Positions 1 to 11,216 of a stretch of DNA of 28,379 nucleotides are shown here, piece by piece. Location of the stretch: positions 1 through 28,379 of the forward strand of contig CAKZOQ010000048.1 of the NCBI GenBank assembly GCA_937136445.1. The letters are read 5' to 3'. The notes beneath the pieces were generated by a model. The model worked only from the letters and a program-made list of their open reading frames with translations, made no database searches and was not told where the DNA came from. This DNA comes from an uncultured Gemmatimonadota bacterium. GTDB taxonomy: Bacteria > Gemmatimonadota > Gemmatimonadetes > Longimicrobiales > Gaopeijiaceae. Both the position numbers and the translations under genes were made by a program. Numbering within the stretch: position 1 is the stretch's first letter; each line of letters opens with the position of its first letter.

Positions 1-665
1 TCGAACTCCCGGGTCTGGTCGAAGTCCACGTCCACCTCCACCCGTTCGGCGATGCTTCCGGCCACCTGCACCCCGAAGCGCAGGTCCGGGTTGAGCTGGG
101 GGACGATGCTGGGGTTGCAGCTCACCTGGAACTGGTCGTCGCAGGGGCGATAGCGGGTCCACTCCCCACCGAGCTCCATCCGGCTCTGCACCCGGAGGGC
201 CAGGTCCGCGTAGTCGGTGACGAAGCGAGGCAGCTCCTCGCCGGTGGCGGGGGTCTGGGGGGTGGGGACGGGCGGAGGAGGCGCCGGCGGCAGAAAGCGG
301 AGGCTGTCCGCCGGGGGCAGCCCCCAGGCCCGGACCCGCGCGGTCAGGAGGGCCTCGAGCCCGCCGGCCGGCGTGGCCCGGGCCACCATGCGGTCCCGGA
401 GCTCCTCCAGCAGCGACGGGGGCCCCGCGGCGGCTCCGTAGGCCTGGGCGCTGGGCGGCGGGGCCACCGGGACGCGCCGGAACCCCAGCACCAGGGCCGG
501 GGCGCCGGGGGCGGCCGTCAGCCCGGCGCGGACCGTGGCCGGCAGAAGAGACAGGTCCCGGCGTACGCCGGGGGGTGCCTCCTGGCCAGAGAGCCCCGAG
601 GAACCGGGGGCGGTCGGCACCAGGAGGAGGGCGAGAAGGGAGAGGGCGGGGCGGAGGGGGGGCAT
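1..665 (-). CDS. 5' part of a putative SprA/Sov-like cell-surface (type IX secretion translocon-like) protein; continues off the left edge; absent from the supplied ORF track
   Basis: ATG at 665-663, and I found no stop in this frame down to position 3 (221 codons). It opens with a signal-peptide-like N-terminus (MPPLRPALSLLALLLVPTAPG) and a Pro/Ala linker. Then comes YADLALRVQSRMELGGEWTRYRPCDDQFQVSCNPSIVPQLNPDLRFGVQVAGSIAERVEVDVDFDQTREF, which resembles the N-terminal region of proteins annotated SprA in Gemmatimonadota (recall, not searched). Confidence 0.6.
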   Translation of the reverse strand, partial: MPPLRPALSLLALLLVPTAPGSSGLSGQEAPPGVRRDLSLLPATVRAGLTAAPGAPALVLGFRRVPVAPPPSAQAYGAAAGPPSLLEELRDRMVARATPAGGLEALLTARVRAWGLPPADSLRFLPPAPPPPVPTPQTPATGEELPRFVTDYADLALRVQSRMELGGEWTRYRPCDDQFQVSCNPSIVPQLNPDLRFGVQVAGSIAERVEVDVDFDQTREF

Positions 666-755
666 GCCGCGGCGGCGCTCAGACGACGAACCGAGGCGGT
701 GGGGCCGGTGTAGGGAGGTGGCGTCGCGAGGACCGTCCCGGTCGCTCCCGACGTC

Positions 756-785
756 TTGAGCCCTCGACCCCGCCTCCGGTAGCTT
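756..785 (+). promoter_or_regulatory. Putative sigma70-type promoter for the lptF/lptG-like genes
   Basis: TTGAGC (756-761), 18-nt spacer, TAGCTT (780-785), ending 56 nt upstream of ATG 842. Confidence 0.4.
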
Positions 786-841
786 GGCGGGTTGTCGCGG
801 GTCCGTCCGCGGCACGTCCCTTCGCAGCAGGCCGACGCCTC

Positions 842-2311
842 ATGGGCTTGGGAGTCCTCAGCCGATACCTCATCCGGGTCCACATCGGACCCTTCCTCTT
901 CGCCCTCACCACCATCACCGGGCTCATCTTCCTGAACTCGGTGGCGCAGAACATGGAGGGGCTCCTGGGGAAGGGTCTGGGCCTCCGTGTGCTCGGGGAA
1001 TTCCTCCTCCTCTCGCTGCCGCACGTCATCGCGCTCTCCCTACCGATGTCCGTGCTGGTGGCCGTCCTGTACGCCTTCAGCGAGCTGACGGCCTCCAACG
1101 AGATCACGGCCCTCTCCTCGGGGGGGGTGCGCCCCTTCCGGGTGATGCTTCCGGTGCTGGGGCTGGGCCTCCTGGCCACGACCACCATGCTGTACTTCAA
1201 CGATCAGGTCCTTCCCGAAGCGAATCATCGCCTAAAGAACCTCATGGTGGACATCGGTCGCAAGAGCCCGACGCTGCAGCTCCGGGAGCAGGTCGTCAAC
1301 GAAGTCCGTACGGAGAACGGACGGCAGACCTACTTTCTGACGGCGGCGCGCATCGACCCGGTGACGAGCGTCATGGAGGACGTCACCATCTTCGACCCGA
1401 ACCAGCCCACCCGCCCCCGCACCACCTGGGCGGAGCGGGGCACCATGGCCTTCAACGAGGCCAAGACCGATCTCTTCCTGACCCTGTACGACGGGCGCGT
1501 CCACGAAGTCCAGGGGGACCGGGAGGGCGGCTTCCAGCGGGTCTACTTCCAGGAACAGGTGGTCCCTCTTCGCGGCGTGGGCGATGAGCTCACCCGCCGA
1601 GCGGGAGGCTCGAGCCGCAGCGACCGGGAGATGAGCTTCAGCATGCTCCAGGAGCGGGCGGCGGAGCGCACCCAGGACGCGCGGGACCTGGAGCGGCGCT
1701 CCCGGGACCGGACGGTGGCGGCGGTCAGCCTGGCGCTGAACCGGCACGAACCGGGGGACACGGCGGCGGTGCTGGGCGGGAGCAACCTCCGACAGGCCCG
1801 GGGCACCGACACCCAGGCTGCCACGGTGTCGGTGCTGGCTCGGGATCGGATCAGCCAGGCTCTGGTGGCCGATACCCGGATGGCCGTCTCCCGGGCCGAG
1901 GCCGCCCAGGAACAGGTGAACGGCTACCTGGTGGAATTCCACAAGAAGTGGGCCATCGCCGTCGCCTGCCTCATCTTCACCCTCATCGGTCCCCCGCTGG
2001 CGCTGCGCTTCCCTCGAGGGGGCGTGGGTCTGGTGGTGGCGGGCTCCACGGTGATCTTCGCCTTCTACTGGGTGGGACTCATCGCCGGGGAGAGCCTGGC
2101 GGACCGGCGACTCGGCGATCCCATGATCACCATGTGGGTCCCCAACGTCGTCTTCCTCCTCACCGGGCTCTTCCTGGTGAACCGTATGGGGCGGGCCGGC
2201 GGGACCAGCCGCGGTGGAGGCGGATTCGGCGACCTCCTGTGGAGTCTGGGGCGCCGGGTCCGGGGATGGGTGGGTGGTGGGCGTGGGCGACGGGCCGAGG
2301 GGACGGCGTGA
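842..2311 (+). CDS. lptF: LptF/LptG (YjgP/YjgQ) family LPS export permease, LptF-like, 489 aa
   Basis: MGLGVLSRYLIR start, three N-terminal TM helices, LPMSVLVAVLYAFSELTASNEITALSSGGV motif, periplasmic beta-rich domain, then EFHKKWAIAVACLIFTLIGPPLA and three C-terminal TM helices ending MWVPNVVF. The 575-841 extension in the ORF track is low-complexity and not family-like. Confidence 0.88.
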   Translation: MGLGVLSRYLIRVHIGPFLFALTTITGLIFLNSVAQNMEGLLGKGLGLRVLGEFLLLSLPHVIALSLPMSVLVAVLYAFSELTASNEITALSSGGVRPFRVMLPVLGLGLLATTTMLYFNDQVLPEANHRLKNLMVDIGRKSPTLQLREQVVNEVRTENGRQTYFLTAARIDPVTSVMEDVTIFDPNQPTRPRTTWAERGTMAFNEAKTDLFLTLYDGRVHEVQGDREGGFQRVYFQEQVVPLRGVGDELTRRAGGSSRSDREMSFSMLQERAAERTQDARDLERRSRDRTVAAVSLALNRHEPGDTAAVLGGSNLRQARGTDTQAATVSVLARDRISQALVADTRMAVSRAEAAQEQVNGYLVEFHKKWAIAVACLIFTLIGPPLALRFPRGGVGLVVAGSTVIFAFYWVGLIAGESLADRRLGDPMITMWVPNVVFLLTGLFLVNRMGRAGGTSRGGGGFGDLLWSLGRRVRGWVGGGRGRRAEGTA

Positions 2312-2324
2312 GGGGTTCGAGCTG

Positions 2325-3395
2325 ATGCGCATCCTGGACCGCCTCGTCGTCGGCACCTTCCTGAAGCTCTTCGTCGTCTTCCTGGCGGCGTCCCCCATCC
2401 TGTTCATTCTGGGCAGCATCACCGAAGAGCTGGATACCTTCGTGGACCGTGGGCTCACCATGGGCGAGATCGCCCGGGCCTACCTCTTCCAGCTTCCGCT
2501 CTACGTGCAGTGGTCCTTTCCCGTGGCTGCCCTCCTGGCGGCGGTCTTCACCGTCCACGGTATGACCACCCACCGCGAGATCGTCGCCGCAAAGGCCGGA
2601 GGTGTCAGCTTCCACCGTGTGATTCGTCCCATCCTCATCCTCGGGCTGATCCTCACCGGGGTGGCCCTGGTCCTCACCGAGGTGGTGCCCCGGAGCAACC
2701 GGATCGCCGCCGGGATCCTCCAGTCGGAGGAGGTGGGCCGGAGCTGGCGCTCCGACTTCGTCTACCATGCGGAGGACGGCACCCACTGGCAGGTGGGGCG
2801 ACTGGACGCCTCCGAGGGCACCATGGATCAGGTGGTCATGGAGCGCCGGCGCGACGGGTCGGGCCGAGGCGCGCTCCACGTCGTGGCCGAGTCGGCCCAG
2901 TGGGACTCCATCGCCGGCTGGACCCTCACCGACGGCTGGGTCCGCAAGCTCCACCCCGACAGCGCCGAGGCGGCGTACCACTTCGAGACCGTCCGCATGG
3001 CGGGGATGACCGAACGCCCCGAAGAGCTCCTGGAAACCCCCCGGGAGCCCGACGAGATGACGTACGGCGAAATCGAGCGGCTGGCGGGGATGGTCCAGCG
3101 ATCCGGGGGAGACGCAAAGGAGCTCCTGGTGAAGCAGGAGCAGAAGCTGTCCCTTCCGGTGGCGACGCTGGTGGTCATCCTGCTCGGGGCCCCGCTGGCG
3201 ACGAGCAATCGCCGCGGCGGCACGGCCTACGGCATCGGGATCAGCCTCTCCATCACCCTCTTCTACATCCTCCTCTTCAAGATCGCGGGCGGGCTGGGGG
3301 AGGCCGGGGCCATGGGGCCGCTGACGGCGGCCTGGCTCCCCAACATCCTCTTCGCCGGCGCCGCGGTGGTCCTCCTCGCCCGGGTTCGGACCTGA
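2325..3395 (+). CDS. lptG: LptF/LptG family LPS export permease, LptG-like, 356 aa
   Basis: MRILDRLVVGTF start, HREIVAAKAGGVSFHR motif, KLSLPVATLVVILLGAPLA, and C-terminal AAWLPNILF. It lies 13 nt downstream of the paralogue. The F versus G assignment rests on order and length only. Confidence 0.88.
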   Translation: MRILDRLVVGTFLKLFVVFLAASPILFILGSITEELDTFVDRGLTMGEIARAYLFQLPLYVQWSFPVAALLAAVFTVHGMTTHREIVAAKAGGVSFHRVIRPILILGLILTGVALVLTEVVPRSNRIAAGILQSEEVGRSWRSDFVYHAEDGTHWQVGRLDASEGTMDQVVMERRRDGSGRGALHVVAESAQWDSIAGWTLTDGWVRKLHPDSAEAAYHFETVRMAGMTERPEELLETPREPDEMTYGEIERLAGMVQRSGGDAKELLVKQEQKLSLPVATLVVILLGAPLATSNRRGGTAYGIGISLSITLFYILLFKIAGGLGEAGAMGPLTAAWLPNILFAGAAVVLLARVRT

Positions 3396-3432
3396 CGGTT
3401 GGACGGCTCCTGGTGTGTCGGCAGGGCGCAGT

Positions 3433-4344
3433 TTATACGCCCGCTGACGGGAGGCTCGCCAGGAACCCGTCGGTGAGGCGGAGCTCCATCACTTCCTCCA
3501 CCGGACCCCGAAGGGTCACCTCCAGCCGCTGCGAGACGGTGACCGAGAGACGGCCCCCCTCCATGCGGACGGTCAGAGGCCCGGGCTCCTGGAGGCCCCG
3601 ATGCACCGCTGAGACAGCCACGGCGCAGGCGCTGGTTCCCGACGCCGTGGTGGGTCCCACCCCCCGCTCCCAGATGAGGGCCTCGAGCACCCCCGGCTCC
3701 AGGGAGGCGGCGAGCTGGACGTTCGACCCCGCCGCCAGCGCCGGGTGGATGGCCAGCGGCGCCCCCACCTCCTCCAGCCGATCCGCCGTGAGGACCTCGC
3801 CCCAGACCACCAGGTGAGGGTTGCCCACGGAGACCGGCGTGAGGTCCAGCCATCCGGCACCCACCACCTCCAGATGGCCCCCTGCGTCCAGGGCGTCGGG
3901 GTCCAGGGCCACCGCCTCGGGGCCCACCCGGCATCGACCCATCTCCACCGAGACGTCGTACCGTCCGCCCTCCCGCCCGTGCACCGTCATCTCCACCACC
4001 GCCCCGCCGATGCGCACCCGGAAGGCCTCCCCCACCCCGATCCGACCGGTGCGGAGCAGGTGGCTGGCGGCGATGCGGAGCCCGTTCCCGCTCCGCTCGA
4101 ACTCCGTACCGTCGGGGTTGAAGCCCCGGAGCCGGGCCACCACCCCCTCCGGGTCCCCCGCCGACGGCGCCGAGACCACGACCAGCCCGTCGCTTCCGGC
4201 CCCCCGGTGGGGGTGACAGAGCGCGGCTACCGCTCCGGGAATCACCGGCCAGGCGTGCCCCTCGTCCGCCACAAGGTAGTCGTTGCCCAGCCCGTGGGCC
4301 TTGTAGAGGTCGGCGGCGGCGAGGAGGGGCGGGGCGTCGGGCAC
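3433..4344 (-). CDS. dapF: Diaminopimelate epimerase (DapF)-fold protein with Ser in place of both catalytic Cys; about 303 aa, start uncertain
   Basis: KAHGLGNDYLV, FNPDGTEFERSGNGLRI, VSVGNPHLV, SNVQL, WERGVGPTTASGTSACAVA and MEGGRL motifs. GTG at 4344 was chosen as the start nearest the conserved N-terminal motif. Confidence 0.85.
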   Translation of the reverse strand: MPDAPPLLAAADLYKAHGLGNDYLVADEGHAWPVIPGAVAALCHPHRGAGSDGLVVVSAPSAGDPEGVVARLRGFNPDGTEFERSGNGLRIAASHLLRTGRIGVGEAFRVRIGGAVVEMTVHGREGGRYDVSVEMGRCRVGPEAVALDPDALDAGGHLEVVGAGWLDLTPVSVGNPHLVVWGEVLTADRLEEVGAPLAIHPALAAGSNVQLAASLEPGVLEALIWERGVGPTTASGTSACAVAVSAVHRGLQEPGPLTVRMEGGRLSVTVSQRLEVTLRGPVEEVMELRLTDGFLASLPSAGV

Positions 4345-4387
4345 GGATGGCTCCCGGGTGCGGAGGGAGAGGGGTGAGGACCCCGGT

Positions 4388-4393
4388 AAGCTA
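4388..4393 (-). promoter_or_regulatory. Possible -10 element for the dapF-like gene
   Basis: TAGCTT on the minus strand, 43 nt upstream of GTG 4344. It is the same hexamer seen at 780 and 7310, but no convincing -35 was found. Confidence 0.25.
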
Positions 4394-4574
4394 GTCTCCG
4401 CACGTCCGTACATCGACTCGTGGGGAAGGTCGGCTGCCACCGGCTTCAGGGGCCGTTCGCAACCTTTCTCCGCCCGGGCCCGTCCCATGAGCTGGACGAG
4501 CATGCGGTCGGAGTAGCGCCGGCGGTGCGTCGGGGACCAGCAGGCAGGAACGGGGACGGGGGGATGGGACGAAG

Positions 4575-7265
4575 ATGAGGGGTCGAGGGTGGACGATGAC
4601 GGCAGCGCTGCTGGGGAGCCTGGCCACCGCCGGCCTCCTGGGTGCCCAGGAGGTCTCCCACGCAGCCACGGCCGCGAGATCACCGCCGGTGGTCCGGGGG
4701 TGCTGCACCGACGGCGCCACTCGCCCAGCGCTGGAAGCCACCCGCCTCGAGGGCGGGGTGGAGTTGGACGGTCGGATGGACGAGGCGGACTGGCGCCGGG
4801 CGGCCGTCGCCACCGGCTTCACGCAGTTCAGCCCCGACGAGGGTGCCCCAGCCTCGGAGCGCACCGAAGCACGGGTCCTCTACGGCGAGGACGCCCTCTA
4901 CGTCTTCCTTCGGGCCTTCGACTCGCGCCCGGACTCCATCGTCGGCCAGGTGACCCGTCGGGACCAGATGTCGTACTCCGACGCCCTGGGCGTGGTGGTG
5001 GACTCCTACTTCGACCGGCGCACCGCCTTCCACTTCGCGGTGAACCCGGAGGGCGTCCAGTACGACATCTACCGCTACGACGACACGGCCATGGACTTCG
5101 GGTGGGACGCCGTCTGGGAGGTGGCCACGCGCCGCGACCCCGACGGCTGGTCGGCGGAGTTCCGCATCCCCTACTCGCAGCTCCGCTTCGGGGAGGGCGG
5201 GGCCCGGACCTGGGGCATCAACTTCGTCCGGGACATCGCCCGCCGGGACGAGACGGTGATGTGGTCCCCCACCGTCCAGGACGACAACGCCATGGTCTCC
5301 CTCTTCGGCGAACTCCAGGGCCTGGAGGGCGTCGAGGCACCCACCCGCCTCGAGGTCCTCCCCTATTCGGTGGCCCGGGTCGAGCAGGTGCCGGGAAATC
5401 CGGCCAACCCCTTCTGGTCGGAGAGCCGGACCACCGGCGCCATCGGAGCCGACCTGAAGCTGGGCCTCACCGGGAACCTCACCCTGGACCTCACCCTGAA
5501 TCCCGATTTCGGCCAGGTGGAGGCGGACCCCGCCCAGGTGAATCTCAGCGCCTTCGAGACCTTCCTCCCCGAGCGTCGCCCCTTCTTCCAGGAAGGGGCC
5601 TCCATCTTCAACTTCGGGATCGGGCTGGGGGACGGCGACGGGAGTACGGAATCCCTCTTCTACTCCCGGCGCATCGGGCGGCCACCGCAGGGGTCGGTGG
5701 AGGAGGACGGCTGGGTGGACGCCGACGACCGGACCACCATCCTCGGCGCCTGGAAGATCTCCGGGAAGACGTCCGACGGCTGGTCCGTCGGCCTGCTCCA
5801 CGCCATCACCGGCCAGGAGGAGGCGGTGGTGGCGCCGGACGCGGGGGCCGCCAGCGACCGGCTCACCCAGGCGGTGGAGCCGGAGACGCACTACGGCGTG
5901 ATCCGGCTGCAGAAGGACTTCCGGGAGGGTCGCTCCGCCCTGGGCATCATCGGGACCGGCACCCGCAGGGACGGGGAGGTGGCGGACGCGCTGGGGCTGC
6001 ACCGGCATGCCTTCGCCGGAGGCCTGGACGCCCGGCACCGCTTCGGGGACGACAACTATGAGCTCACAGGCTACATCCTCGGCTCCCGGGTGGACGGCTC
6101 CGCCGAGACGCTGCGGGAGACCCAGGAACGACCGGCTCACTACTTCCAGCGTCCCGACGCCGACCACCTGGACTACGATCCCACCCGGACGAGCCTCTCG
6201 GGGACCTCCGGCTTCCTCTCCATCGGCAAGATCGCCGGTGGCCACTGGCGCTTCAGCACTGGCCTCCAGACCCGCTCCGGCGGCTTCGACGTGAACGACC
6301 TGGGATACCAGCGCGACGCCGACTCCTTCGTGAACTGGGCCTGGATCGCCTACCGGCAGAACAGCACCCAGGGCATCTTCCGGAACTACGGCATCAACCT
6401 GAACGGCTGGCAGGCCTACACCACCGCGTGGGACCGGACCGGCCTGGGCGGCAACGTCAACGCCAACGCTCAGTTCACCAACTACTGGCACGCCTACGCC
6501 GGGATCAACCGGGATCTGGCCTCCTACTCCGGCCGAACCCTGCGCGGCGGCCCCCTCTTCCGCACCGAGGCCCAGACCAACGCCTGGGCGGGGTTCGGGA
6601 CGGACAGCCGCAAGGCCCTCCGCTTCAACCTGAACGGGTGGGGGAACGTGCGAGGGGAGAGCGACTCCCGGACGCTGGGGCTGTCGCCTTCGCTCCGCTG
6701 GCGGGCCTCGGGCCGAGCCCAGTTCAACCTGGGGCTGAACCTCCGCCGCACCGTCGAGGACCGGCAGTGGGTGGATCGGGTGGGCGAGGAGGACCCCGCC
6801 TACCTCTTCGGGCGGCTGGACCAGACCACGGTGGGCGTCACCCTCCGGGCGGACTACGCCTTCAGCCCCACTCTGTCGTTCCAGCTCTACGCCCAGCCCT
6901 TCGTGAGCGCCGGGGAGTACGGGGGCTACAAGGTGGTGACGGACCCGGTGGCCGAGGCCTACGCCGATCGCTTCCGACCGGTGGAGACCCGCCGGGACGG
7001 GGACGATCTCGTCGCCGACGTGGACGGGGACGGGGCGCTGGACCGCATCGGCCGACCGGACTTCAACGTGAAGCAGTTCCGTTCCAACGCGGTGCTGCGC
7101 TGGCAGTATCTCCCGGGCTCCACCCTGTACCTCGTGTGGTCCCAGGGCCGGGACCACGACCACGACAAGGGCGCGTTCGACTTCGGCACCGACCTCGACA
7201 CCCTCTTCGGCGTGGAATCCGAGGACGTGTTCATGATCAAGGTGAGCTACTGGTTCGGAGGATGA
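4575..7265 (+). CDS. DUF5916-type outer-membrane protein with an N-terminal CBM9-like (DOMON-like) domain, 896 aa (alternative start 4596)
   Basis: Signal peptide (AALLGSLATAGLLGAQE), LDGRMDEADW...FTQFSPDEGAPASERTEARVLY, WSAEFRIPYSQLRF, LDLTLNPDFGQVEAD, FLPERRPFFQEG and LFYSRRIGR. The C-terminal half has alternating beta-strand character and ends MIKVSYWFGG. Confidence 0.8.
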   Translation: MRGRGWTMTAALLGSLATAGLLGAQEVSHAATAARSPPVVRGCCTDGATRPALEATRLEGGVELDGRMDEADWRRAAVATGFTQFSPDEGAPASERTEARVLYGEDALYVFLRAFDSRPDSIVGQVTRRDQMSYSDALGVVVDSYFDRRTAFHFAVNPEGVQYDIYRYDDTAMDFGWDAVWEVATRRDPDGWSAEFRIPYSQLRFGEGGARTWGINFVRDIARRDETVMWSPTVQDDNAMVSLFGELQGLEGVEAPTRLEVLPYSVARVEQVPGNPANPFWSESRTTGAIGADLKLGLTGNLTLDLTLNPDFGQVEADPAQVNLSAFETFLPERRPFFQEGASIFNFGIGLGDGDGSTESLFYSRRIGRPPQGSVEEDGWVDADDRTTILGAWKISGKTSDGWSVGLLHAITGQEEAVVAPDAGAASDRLTQAVEPETHYGVIRLQKDFREGRSALGIIGTGTRRDGEVADALGLHRHAFAGGLDARHRFGDDNYELTGYILGSRVDGSAETLRETQERPAHYFQRPDADHLDYDPTRTSLSGTSGFLSIGKIAGGHWRFSTGLQTRSGGFDVNDLGYQRDADSFVNWAWIAYRQNSTQGIFRNYGINLNGWQAYTTAWDRTGLGGNVNANAQFTNYWHAYAGINRDLASYSGRTLRGGPLFRTEAQTNAWAGFGTDSRKALRFNLNGWGNVRGESDSRTLGLSPSLRWRASGRAQFNLGLNLRRTVEDRQWVDRVGEEDPAYLFGRLDQTTVGVTLRADYAFSPTLSFQLYAQPFVSAGEYGGYKVVTDPVAEAYADRFRPVETRRDGDDLVADVDGDGALDRIGRPDFNVKQFRSNAVLRWQYLPGSTLYLVWSQGRDHDHDKGAFDFGTDLDTLFGVESEDVFMIKVSYWFGG

Positions 7266-7286
7266 TCCCCGGCCCACCGTCCCCCC

Positions 7287-7315
7287 TTGGAGCGGAACGG
7301 CCTCGGCGATAGCTT
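7287..7315 (+). promoter_or_regulatory. Putative sigma70-type promoter of the met operon
   Basis: TTGGAG (7287-7292), 17-nt spacer, TAGCTT (7310-7315). This would start transcription at about 7322, just ahead of the riboswitch. Confidence 0.5.
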
Positions 7316-7332
7316 TTTCCTCGACCATCGAA

Positions 7333-7414
7333 TCGGGCGATTTGCGGCATATTGCGGCCCGACCGGCGACCGGATCCTTCCGGACCCGCCGGCGAACGAG
7401 CTAAAAAGCCTCGC
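7333..7414 (+). ncRNA. SAM-II-class riboswitch aptamer (long-loop variant with a hairpin inserted in L3)
   Basis: P1 is TCGGGC (7333-38) pairing with GCCCGA (7357-62). The SAM-II core motifs GATTT (7339-43), TTGC (7352-55) and GCTAAAAA (7400-07) are in the canonical order. Pseudoknot pairing GGC (7346-48) with GCC (7408-10). L3 hairpin CCGGCG/CGCCGG (7363-68/7387-92) and CCGGA/TCCGG (7370-74/7379-83). It sits in the 5' UTR of metH. Confidence 0.8.
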
Positions 7415-7460
7415 CTCGCCGCCTGCATCTGCGTCGGGGCGTGTTGCATCGGGAGGTACC

Positions 7461-11212
<3,752 letters not shown>

Positions 11213-11216
<4 letters not shown>

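Noticed and set aside
4345-4683. Upstream extension of the DapF ORF to 4683
   Set aside because: It overlaps the start of the DUF5916 gene, is non-family sequence, and contains a candidate -10 element.
7287-7460. N-terminal extension of MetH from the TTG at 7287
   Set aside because: The region holds the promoter and riboswitch, ATG 7461 has a GGAGG RBS, and family similarity begins after it.
7266-7460. SAM-I, SAH or cobalamin riboswitch upstream of metH
   Set aside because: Their conserved cores were not found by eye, and the motifs present fit SAM-II.
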